From the NCBI GenBank assembly GCA_964392315.1, contig CAYMOT010000002.1:41234-105233 (forward strand): DNA of 64,000 nucleotides, in the 5' to 3' direction. Of this stretch, positions 1 through 8,467 are shown piece after piece. Source of the stretch: an uncultured Candidatus Saccharibacteria bacterium. GTDB lineage: Bacteria > Patescibacteriota > 4484-211 > JAGQKX01. Numbering within the stretch: the first letter of the stretch is position 1; every line of letters begins with the position of its first letter. Under the pieces are notes generated by a model. The model was not told the origin of the DNA. It made no database searches and worked only from the letters and a program-made list of their open reading frames with translations. Both the position numbers and the translations under genes were made by a program.

Positions 1-46
1 TATTAATGAGCAATGCTACATATTTGGCCTCATTTTCTTCGAAAAT

Positions 47-934
47 TTATGATGAAGTGCCAGGATTACTATTGGCCGAATATCGAATGATTAGTTGTTC
101 TGTAGGGTGGTGTTTACTAGTAACTCCAAATAAACTTAATGCTGTATTATCTTTTGGGTTGAGACAACCAGATCCAAAAGCGCCAGTTCCAACTGATGTC
201 TCACCACAGTCCTCGTTCCAAACGTTGGCATAAAGAGGACGGACTATGTCAGATCCTTCTTCCATACTTATATTTAAAAGAAAATGCAGATTATAACCAC
301 CTTGTCTATGTATATTGGTAAAAACGGCGTCTATTTGATGGCTGGCAATTGTATTTGATGGAAAATAGTCAGGCGTTTTGAGTGTTACTGCTTGCTCTTC
401 TCCGTTCACGAGGGTTAAGGATATGCCTTGGATAGAGTCAGTATTGAAGATAATCTTTGCGTTATTTTGAATTGCTTCTAGGTAGCCCCAATCAGCAAGA
501 CACGTACCCTGACTAATCTCCGTACATGGGTTTGTGTTGAAGATAGTTATCTCCCATCCATTCTCAACAAGCCTTTGTTTATATTGGGTGGTAAGGTCAA
601 TATCGTTCTTATTAGAAGGGATGTCATCATACTCTAGGATGGTTAAATTTTGTCCATATTTATTAATTCCAATGTATTTACTCTTTGGCTCCATTCCATC
701 CAGGAGGGGGATTGAAGGATCAATAGTTATCTCGTCGTAGGTTTTATATTCATATTCCGAGATAATGATGGGCGGTGGAGTAGGTGAGGGTGAGAGAGGA
801 GTGATTTCTGTAGCAGTCTGACTATTTGCAGAGTAAAACCAAACTCCAACTACCACTACCAGTGCAATGACTGCGACCAGTGCTATTTCAATCATGCCGT
901 TCTGTATTTTAAATCGGGCAGACTTGTGCGGCAT
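47..934 (-). CDS. hypothetical membrane-anchored extracytoplasmic protein
   Basis: 295-aa ORF. N-terminal hydrophobic helix (IEIALVAVIALVVVVGVWFY), then a PSPTPPP linker and a Cys-containing domain. No recognisable family. An alternative ATG start lies at 895. Confidence 0.45.
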   Translation of the reverse strand: MPHKSARFKIQNGMIEIALVAVIALVVVVGVWFYSANSQTATEITPLSPSPTPPPIIISEYEYKTYDEITIDPSIPLLDGMEPKSKYIGINKYGQNLTILEYDDIPSNKNDIDLTTQYKQRLVENGWEITIFNTNPCTEISQGTCLADWGYLEAIQNNAKIIFNTDSIQGISLTLVNGEEQAVTLKTPDYFPSNTIASHQIDAVFTNIHRQGGYNLHFLLNISMEEGSDIVRPLYANVWNEDCGETSVGTGAFGSGCLNPKDNTALSLFGVTSKHHPTEQLIIRYSANSNPGTSS

Positions 935-967
935 ATATGTTTATATATATGAAAGGGGCAGGTTGTG

Positions 968-1270
968 TCAACGGGTGATTTGGGGCACCGGGGTTGGGGA
1001 AGTTCCAGTTTCCTCTAAGTCTAGTATTGGTTGGCAGGGATGCGGGGTAGGGGTTATGAGAATAAGGCGCCCATTCTCAATAATAGGTTGGGGGCCGTTA
1101 TAAAGAGTAGGGCATACTGTTGGGGTAGGCGATGCAAATAAAGACGAAGCTACGTTTGAAGAAGGTAGAGGTCGCAGCTGTTGAAAATTAAACATATAAG
1201 CAATTATGCCTATTATAAGAAGTAATACCACAATGCCTCCACGGGTGAAGATGTTTTTTCTCGTTGCCAT
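968..1270 (-). CDS. hypothetical small membrane-anchored protein
   Basis: ORF starting MATRKNIF with one TM helix (GIVVLLLIIGIIAYMF) and a Pro/Thr-rich tail. No family recognised. Confidence 0.35.
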   Translation of the reverse strand: MATRKNIFTRGGIVVLLLIIGIIAYMFNFQQLRPLPSSNVASSLFASPTPTVCPTLYNGPQPIIENGRLILITPTPHPCQPILDLEETGTSPTPVPQITR

Positions 1271-1327
1271 AACCACATTGTATCGCATAGCGTATGATAC
1301 TATAAATAAGAACGAGAGCTTACTGCT

Positions 1328-2356
1328 ATGAGAACTTCAAGGAAACAACCTACGCAGACAATGCAGGATTCATTTAAAAAAAAACAGAGAACTGCCAGTG
1401 TAAAACGATGGGGTATACGCATCTTTGGCTTTTGCGTATTGGCTATTGCACTCTATGCCGTTTTTAGTATTGCACAGGTTTTTCGCCATATTAGTGCGCC
1501 TATACGAGAGTTTCCTCACTTTGACCAACCCTTAGATACAAGAATAGATATGTCGCGTCAGGTATACATTGGAATCTGGTACGAGGCGGAATCATCACCA
1601 GTGAAGCAGAATGCAGTCGCTGTTTTATCTCCTGACAACGCAACGATAAGTGTGCATGTTTTGCCAAGTGACATCTCTACGCTGAATCCGACGGAACTCA
1701 TGCAGCAGACTTCTCTTCCCTTGGAGCGGTATGTGGTTATATCCCGGCATATGTCAAAAGGTCAGGATATTAAAGAATTTGTGTCTAACGCGGCAGATCA
1801 ATGGTATTCGACATTCGTGGGTATAGGCGGATACCGTGCACTGATGCATGGCATTTCTGAGGTGAAAAATGTGATGTATACGAACCTGTCTCCTCGCGAA
1901 CTATTCGATATTGCACAATTTACGAGGATTGTCTCACAGGAGGATATAACGGTCCATGGGTGGTCGCAGACGTCGGGAGACGCAGAGAAACAGCGGCTTG
2001 CGTATTTTGTAGATCCCACCATACATAAAGAAGGCAAACGAATTTGGGTGAGAAATAATACCCAAATTCCTGGTCTTGCTAATGCTGCGGCACTTCTTCT
2101 TAAAAATATCGGCTTTGAGATCGTTCGTATTGACACATTTGACTGCCCAGCACCCGGTACGAATTATTGTGACAGCACGCGAACGCATATACTAACCGGA
2201 GAAACACACGCAAATTCATATGCCATACGTCGTATGACTGAGGTTTTGGGTGGCGAGATGGAATTTTTACAAATCGAAGACTTAAGTCGTGCAGATAGTA
2301 TTGTCGTAGTAGGAGAAAATCTTGCCTATCTCGTAGAGGAAGTTGAAACTCCTTAG
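1328..2356 (+). CDS. membrane-anchored protein with C-terminal LytR_C-like (cell-envelope-related) domain
   Basis: 342-aa ORF with an N-terminal TM helix. The C-terminal segment GKRIWVRNNTQIPGLANAAALLLKNIGFEIVRIDTFD resembles the LytR C-terminal domain pattern. The central LCP motifs are not clear. Confidence 0.4.
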   Translation: MRTSRKQPTQTMQDSFKKKQRTASVKRWGIRIFGFCVLAIALYAVFSIAQVFRHISAPIREFPHFDQPLDTRIDMSRQVYIGIWYEAESSPVKQNAVAVLSPDNATISVHVLPSDISTLNPTELMQQTSLPLERYVVISRHMSKGQDIKEFVSNAADQWYSTFVGIGGYRALMHGISEVKNVMYTNLSPRELFDIAQFTRIVSQEDITVHGWSQTSGDAEKQRLAYFVDPTIHKEGKRIWVRNNTQIPGLANAAALLLKNIGFEIVRIDTFDCPAPGTNYCDSTRTHILTGETHANSYAIRRMTEVLGGEMEFLQIEDLSRADSIVVVGENLAYLVEEVETP

Positions 2357-2380
2357 ATTCAATGAAGATCTCCCACCTAA

Positions 2381-2410
2381 AGGAAATCCCCGCTTTCGCG
2401 GGGATTTCCT
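2381..2410. terminator. strong hairpin (perfect 13-bp inverted repeat AGGAAATCCCCGC-TTTC-GCGGGGATTTCCT) between convergent/consecutive genes
   Basis: Perfect inverted repeat seen directly. No long U-tract follows, so the terminator role is inferred. Confidence 0.55.
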
Positions 2411-2556
2411 TTAGGTGACCCCTTATATCTTTCGATACAGGGGAAACCATGTTTGTGGAGAGAGACAACTAAGGCAATTATAGACGATGGTTTCGCTATT
2501 TGTCAATGATCTGTCACCACGTTACAATATTTGTAGAAAGGCTGAATTCCTCACCT

Positions 2557-5109
2557 ATGTCGAGTATAACCCTAAACATTATTCTCATTATAAGCACAAT
2601 TGTCGTTATTTCTTTTGCGCTTGCACTCCGTGCCTTAAGAAGACGCCTGCAAGATACGCAAATATCACCGGGTATCAGCGATGGGATGCTCTTAGAAATT
2701 AAGGTGCCGAAGTTTAACGAACAGGGACCTGTTGCGGCAGGAATAATGTTCTCTGCACTCCACGGACTTATCGAAAAGGAAGATGAGCAGTCACATGTCT
2801 CTTTCGAAATCGCCGCGGACAAGACGGGCATTAAGTTTTATACGTATGTGCCTCGTTATTTTGAAAAATTCGTCAAATCTCAAATATATGCGCAGTATCC
2901 CGAGGCAGAGATTTTTGAAGTCGAAGACTATACCCGAACTATCGATGAGGCGAAAGGTGCCATCGCTGCAGCTAATCTTACGCTTTCTAAACCGTATTAC
3001 TTTCCTATAAAGACGTTTCCTGACTTTGAGGTTGACCCATTAGCGGCGATAACGTCGGCAGTTGATGAGCGAGCAGGGGATCAACGGGCATGGTTTCAGG
3101 TTCTGATAAACCCTATTGATGATACCTGGCAAAAGGTAGGGTATGAATACATTGCAGCTGTAAAAAATAGAGAAGATTTTGGCCCAGGAGAAAATGAAAT
3201 AGTAGTTGTCTTACGGGGGATATTTAAAGAGTTCTTTGAAGTATTTATGGACCTGGTGACAAACATTTTTACCGGATCAATAAACGGTGCAACTTCTGAT
3301 GAGAAGAAGAAAGAAGGGGAGAAGCAAAAAGCTCTAACCGCGGGTGAAGAGACTGCGATTGCCTATATAGAGAAAAAAATGTCTCGGCTTGGATTCAAAG
3401 CATCTCTGCGGGTAGTAGGGTATGGTGCGAATCCTGAGGAAGCCTCACGTCAAGTTGGTGCGCTCACTTCCGCGTTGAAGCAGTTTTCCGCAGCAAATCT
3501 CAACAGTTTTGTTACAAACATGCAAGAAGATCCGACTAAGTCTTTGCAAGATTTTAGAGAACGCATACTAGATCCAGGTAATGCAAGCAACCCGTTGATT
3601 TTTGATACCGAGGAGCTTGCCTCCATCTTCCATTTGCCGAATACATCGGTGGCGACCCCAAATATAGCATGGACAAAAGCAAAAAGAATTGAGTATCCAC
3701 TGGAATTACCGGTTGGGATAGAGCCGGTATTGGGGGTTACCTCTTTTAGAGCAGAGGAGATTGAGTTTGGAATAAAAAGAGACGATCGCCGCCGTCACAT
3801 GTACTTGGTAGGAAAAACCGGTACTGGTAAGTCTACGTTGCTCCAACGCATGGCCATTAGTGATATACAGAACGGAGAAGGCATTGCGTTTATTGACCCG
3901 CACGGTGACTCTATCGACCTCATTCTAAACTATATTCCTGATAATCGTGTGGATGACGTAATCCTTTTTGATCCAGCAGACATTTATCATCCCATTGCAA
4001 TGAACATGCTAGAACTTTTTGACCCTGAGCAAAAGAGTCTTGTTGCGAGCGCTTTAATAGAAGTATTCAAGCAGCGATTTGAGTTTAGTTGGGGTCCTCG
4101 TATGGAACACATTTTGCGAAATTGTATCCTGTCTCTTTTGGAAGTGCCTGGAAGTACGCTTCTTGGTATTTCACGCATATTAACTGATCGAACCTACAGA
4201 AGATATATCGTACATTTGTTAGAAGATCCAGTTATGATCGACTTTTGGAACAGTGAATTTCCTCAACTCGAGGAGTCTCGTCAGGGTGCTGAGGCAATCG
4301 CACCTATTCAGAACCGCCTTGGGCAATTCTTATCGAGCCCGACTGTTCGTAATATGGTGAGCAATGCACGTTCGACGGTTCGCCTTGATGAAGTAATGGA
4401 CCAAGGAAAGATTCTTCTAGCAAATCTCTCAAAAGGGAAAATAGGGGATGACAACTCGAATATTTTGGGTACGCTGCTCGTAACTCGACTGCAGTTTGCT
4501 GCGTTATCTCGAGTTAAGATTCCGGAGCAGGACCGAAAAGACTTCTTCCTTTATGTAGATGAGTTTCAAAACTTTGTCACATCATCATTTGCGACGATAT
4601 TGTCTGAGGCACGGAAATATCGGCTTGCACTGATTATCACTCATCAATACCTTGGCCAGCTTGAACAAGCAGGGCTTGCGAACCCGAAAGAAGTGCGGGA
4701 TGCTGTTTTTGGCAACGTAGGAACCATTGCTTCATATACGGTAGGGCAGGAAGATGGTGAAATCCTGTCGAAAGAATTCTCAGAAGTTTTTGACGTGAGT
4801 GACTTTGTGTCTCTTGAGCGCTTCCACTATTACATTAAGCTGATGATTGATCTGACACAAAGCAGACCGTTTAGTGCGAAAGGGTTACCAATCAATACCA
4901 ACTTAAAAACTGATAATGTGCAAAAAGTGATAGAATCATCACGAAAACAGTTTAGCGTGCCACGTGAACTTGTCGAAAAGCGTATTGATATGTGGAATAA
5001 GAAAGTATTTGCGCCGGGAATGGATGACGATAAGGTACACAAGATTAGGGAAGAGATGCGGCTTCGTGCTGATTTGTCACGGGTGCAAAAACTTGAAGAA
5101 CATGTCTAA
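2557..5109 (+). CDS. TraG/TraD/VirD4-like type IV coupling protein (T4CP, DUF87-like AAA ATPase) with N-terminal TM anchor
   Basis: Walker A YLVGKTGTGKST, Walker B FFLYVDEFQNF, and the T4CP-typical downstream RKYRLALIITHQYLGQL. Hydrophobic N-terminus. The ORF begins at 2500; I chose the internal ATG at 2557, just before the TM segment. Confidence 0.6.
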   Translation: MSSITLNIILIISTIVVISFALALRALRRRLQDTQISPGISDGMLLEIKVPKFNEQGPVAAGIMFSALHGLIEKEDEQSHVSFEIAADKTGIKFYTYVPRYFEKFVKSQIYAQYPEAEIFEVEDYTRTIDEAKGAIAAANLTLSKPYYFPIKTFPDFEVDPLAAITSAVDERAGDQRAWFQVLINPIDDTWQKVGYEYIAAVKNREDFGPGENEIVVVLRGIFKEFFEVFMDLVTNIFTGSINGATSDEKKKEGEKQKALTAGEETAIAYIEKKMSRLGFKASLRVVGYGANPEEASRQVGALTSALKQFSAANLNSFVTNMQEDPTKSLQDFRERILDPGNASNPLIFDTEELASIFHLPNTSVATPNIAWTKAKRIEYPLELPVGIEPVLGVTSFRAEEIEFGIKRDDRRRHMYLVGKTGTGKSTLLQRMAISDIQNGEGIAFIDPHGDSIDLILNYIPDNRVDDVILFDPADIYHPIAMNMLELFDPEQKSLVASALIEVFKQRFEFSWGPRMEHILRNCILSLLEVPGSTLLGISRILTDRTYRRYIVHLLEDPVMIDFWNSEFPQLEESRQGAEAIAPIQNRLGQFLSSPTVRNMVSNARSTVRLDEVMDQGKILLANLSKGKIGDDNSNILGTLLVTRLQFAALSRVKIPEQDRKDFFLYVDEFQNFVTSSFATILSEARKYRLALIITHQYLGQLEQAGLANPKEVRDAVFGNVGTIASYTVGQEDGEILSKEFSEVFDVSDFVSLERFHYYIKLMIDLTQSRPFSAKGLPINTNLKTDNVQKVIESSRKQFSVPRELVEKRIDMWNKKVFAPGMDDDKVHKIREEMRLRADLSRVQKLEEHV

Positions 5110-6007
5110 CGAAGAACTACAAAAACTCCAACAAACTTTGTCGCGTTTGCAAGATGAGGTAACACAGGCGCAACAACAGTTGAATACGCTTCTTGCTGTC
5201 GGTGATGACACCCAGCAACCAGCCGAGCCTGCAGAAACTGCCGTAGAGGCCCAGCCTGCTCCGGTTATCGAAGTACTTCCCGAAGAGGAGCGCATACCAA
5301 TCGTAGGTAGAACAGGTATGTTTGATGGGGTGTTTATGATCACGGATGATCAAAAAAAGTTTCAAGTTTCGCCAAACTATATTAGTAAGTCACAACTTGT
5401 AGTGGGGGATAGACTTGAAATTATTGACGTTGATGAAACAGGTTCCAAATATTCATTCAAACAAACAAAAAAGATACAACGTAAAGAGCTGCAGGGGATC
5501 TTGACGAAGAAAGATAATCAGTGGGCTGTGCATACAGACGCGGGAGTGTTCTTTGTGGTAGCGGCTGCGGTGCGTTTTAATAAAGCTGATGTAGGGGATA
5601 CCATAGCGATCGATATTCCAGCAGAGGATGTCGGGGTGCCGGTCGAATGGGCAGCGTTCAAGAAGATACAAAAACAAGGATTACGCGAAACCTATGAACC
5701 AAAGCCGAAGCCATATATGCAGCAAAAAGAGCAAAACGATCAAGCTCCCGGTGAAGAGCAGGAAGTCCCACACGAACAAAAAGATACTGCCGCTGGAACA
5801 GAAATAGTTAAGTCGCGTTTAACCCAACCACAAATCCCAGCTCCAGAGGTTCAACAGCCAGTACCGTCTCAAGACGACACCTTGCCGCAAAAGAAAAGTA
5901 CTGATATGGAGGCTTTGGCAGGTGAGGTCACCGTTGATACCGATAATAGTAAGCAACAGTCAGGGGAGATATCATTACAAGAAGAAGACTTGTGGGAATT
6001 AAGATAA
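5102..6007 (+). CDS. hypothetical coiled-coil protein with Q/E/P-rich acidic C-terminus
   Basis: Start MSNEELQKLQQTLSRLQDEV overlaps the upstream stop (ATGTCTAA), suggesting translational coupling to the T4CP gene. No family recognised. Confidence 0.5.
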   Translation: MSNEELQKLQQTLSRLQDEVTQAQQQLNTLLAVGDDTQQPAEPAETAVEAQPAPVIEVLPEEERIPIVGRTGMFDGVFMITDDQKKFQVSPNYISKSQLVVGDRLEIIDVDETGSKYSFKQTKKIQRKELQGILTKKDNQWAVHTDAGVFFVVAAAVRFNKADVGDTIAIDIPAEDVGVPVEWAAFKKIQKQGLRETYEPKPKPYMQQKEQNDQAPGEEQEVPHEQKDTAAGTEIVKSRLTQPQIPAPEVQQPVPSQDDTLPQKKSTDMEALAGEVTVDTDNSKQQSGEISLQEEDLWELR

Positions 6008-6029
6008 AGGTAGATCTGTATTAAATCAG

Positions 6030-6842
6030 ATGTCACGTCGTAGTCAATTCTTCCTCAGTTCTATTTTGATCATCTTGTGTTTTCCCGTAATAGGGCAGGT
6101 AGTTGGACGTCTTGGGGATATGCCTGTTGCGCTCAGTATTGGTATCTGGGCAGTAGCGAGTCTTGTATTATTTCTATATGTACTCGAGAAAAAGTATACA
6201 TTTCCTGAGCAACTCATTTTTGCCATTATTCCGTTTTTATGCGTCATGCTGGTTGCTACGCTTGGGCTCCAATTTAACATGTTCGCGGTATATCCCATTT
6301 CAGCACTGTGGGTTCTGTATTATGCAATAAGTGTAATCAGTATGTATTTTTTGTTTCTCGCACTCAATATTGTCAATGCTGCGACTGTGCGGACTGTTCC
6401 ATTGTTAAAGGCAGCCCAGACATCAATCTTGGCTATCAGTCTTCTTCTTGCGGTCGCATGGGCATTGTATGTGCAGTATGTGTTGCGTTCGCCAATCATC
6501 GCTGCATGGAGCTGGTTTATTTTTTCATACCTTCTTAGCTTAGCAGTCATTTATTTGGGACAAATTGAGGTAGTACGTGAGTTTACCGCAGTGGTAAAAG
6601 TCCCTCTGATAGAGTCGGGGATAATAGCACTTCTACAAGCATATACCGTTTTTATTACCGCAAGTTGGCAAATGAGCGTATCGATTCGTGTCATATATTG
6701 GGTGTCGTCCCTCGCCACATTCACGATGATTGTACGGGCAAGAAGGCAACGAAGTTTAACACGTAAGTTTGTGCGGGATTTTATGTTGCTACAATGGATT
6801 ATTTTTGCCGCGGTGCTTATTATTGGCCTGCGTGCCATATAA
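6030..6842 (+). CDS. hypothetical polytopic membrane protein (about 8 TM helices)
   Basis: 270-aa ORF that is almost entirely hydrophobic helices. It sits immediately downstream of the T4CP/coiled-coil pair. Confidence 0.5.
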   Translation: MSRRSQFFLSSILIILCFPVIGQVVGRLGDMPVALSIGIWAVASLVLFLYVLEKKYTFPEQLIFAIIPFLCVMLVATLGLQFNMFAVYPISALWVLYYAISVISMYFLFLALNIVNAATVRTVPLLKAAQTSILAISLLLAVAWALYVQYVLRSPIIAAWSWFIFSYLLSLAVIYLGQIEVVREFTAVVKVPLIESGIIALLQAYTVFITASWQMSVSIRVIYWVSSLATFTMIVRARRQRSLTRKFVRDFMLLQWIIFAAVLIIGLRAI

Positions 6843-7457
6843 AGAGCAGGGAAGAGGGGAGAAGGACCCTATAAAACTCGGATAGTGTATAGCGGTGTAT
6901 ATTGAAAAGTAAGCATAAGTTATAAAACTATAGGTTATTAATAATTATAGGGTAATTGTCGTCATGTGGATAACTCAACTGCTAATAGGGGGTTAGTGGA
7001 GACGTTCTGAGAGGGGGTCCTTCCCTCGGTCCGAGAGGGGCTTTTTAGGCCGTTTTATACCAATAAAATGGAGCACTACACGAAATATTACAAAAAATAA
7101 AAACCTATTATTCCCGACTTGTGGGTGCCTGGCAAAAATTCATTGAAAAGCGGGAAATCGACATATAACGTCGCTAATCATACAATTCACGACGTTGTGA
7201 ACATTGCTTTTCTTCTACTCCCCCTCGCACGTGTCAACGAATAAATATGTATATATCCAAATAAACTAATAAGCTTATTAGTTTTTATTCCTCATTTGTG
7301 TATTGGTTTATTATAAATTTGAAATTTGTCATTTTTCCCCTCTCCCCCTCCCCTACCTCAAATAATAAACAAATCCGCCAGCTGGCGGAACAAATAAACT
7401 AATAAGCAAATTTATAAGAACATTTGCTTATTTGTAGTATTTGCTTATTATCTATAT

Positions 7458-8453
7458 ATGGCTCAAGGTCTGTCAGAGGCGTTCATTGACTTCATCGAAT
7501 ATTGTGAACTTGAGAGAGGTTTATCCCATCGTACCGCGGAAAAGTACCACTATCGTTTAATGCGGTTTTTGGATTGGCTTATGCAGGTGAATGGGATACA
7601 AACCCCGTCAATAAAGGATATTACGGAAGAAACAATTAAGGAATTCCGGCTGTATTTACATAGATTCGAAAGCGAACAAACCAAAAAGCAGTTAGCAGCA
7701 TCTACACAGCAACATTATCTGGTAGCACTTCGGGCATTTCTTAAATATCTCAAACGCAAGAAAGGCTTTGACCGTTTGTCTGCTGAGGATATTTTGCTGC
7801 CCAAGGCGCAGGGCAAGACGGTCACGTTTCTCAATGTTGAGCACCTTCAAAGCTTGTTTGCACAACCTGATACGCATGAATTGGCAGGAATGCGAGATCG
7901 CGCGATGCTTGAATTATTATTCAGCACCGGGTTGCGTGTCCAAGAATTGATTAATTTAAATAAAGAAGATATTCCTGAAAAAAGCTCCCAATTCACGGTT
8001 TTAGGCAAAGGTAACCGTTACCGTGTGGTATTTTTGAGTGACGTTGCACGCGATTGGGTGCAATTATACCTTTCACGCCGTATAGATGCATGGCTGCCTC
8101 TTTTTGTTAATACTCATGGTCTAAACCCGACGCGTTCTAAGGGGTCTAAAACCGACGAAAATAAATCAGACGTCCTAGATGACCCGGATGGTGAGAGATT
8201 TCGACTTACGGTTCGTTCTGTACAACGCATTATAAAAAAATATGCAAAAATGGCAGGGTTGAGTCAGGAAGTGACGCCGCATGTAATGCGTCATAGTTTT
8301 GCTACCGATTTGTTAACGCGTGGTGCGGATCTTCGATCTGTGCAGGAGCTTCTGGGGCATAAAAATGTCGCGACCACCCAAATCTACACGCATGTTACCA
8401 ATACACGGCTGCAGGAGGTACACAAAAAGTTTCATAGTACAATAGAGGAATAA
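7458..8453 (+). CDS. xerC: tyrosine site-specific recombinase, XerC/XerD family
   Basis: N-terminal SAM-like domain plus a catalytic domain with RVQEL, HVMRHSFATDLL and GHKNVATTQIYTHV (catalytic Tyr). Contains an atypical ~45-aa insertion (NTHGLNPTRSKGSKTDENKSDVLDDPDGERFRL). Confidence 0.8.
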   Translation: MAQGLSEAFIDFIEYCELERGLSHRTAEKYHYRLMRFLDWLMQVNGIQTPSIKDITEETIKEFRLYLHRFESEQTKKQLAASTQQHYLVALRAFLKYLKRKKGFDRLSAEDILLPKAQGKTVTFLNVEHLQSLFAQPDTHELAGMRDRAMLELLFSTGLRVQELINLNKEDIPEKSSQFTVLGKGNRYRVVFLSDVARDWVQLYLSRRIDAWLPLFVNTHGLNPTRSKGSKTDENKSDVLDDPDGERFRLTVRSVQRIIKKYAKMAGLSQEVTPHVMRHSFATDLLTRGADLRSVQELLGHKNVATTQIYTHVTNTRLQEVHKKFHSTIEE

Positions 8454-8467
8454 TAAATCAGTAACTT

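Noticed and set aside
4964-5101. N-terminal 46 codons of ORF 4964-6007
   Set aside because: They lie in an alternative frame inside the T4CP gene 3' end. The real start is most likely the ATG at 5102, which overlaps the T4CP stop.
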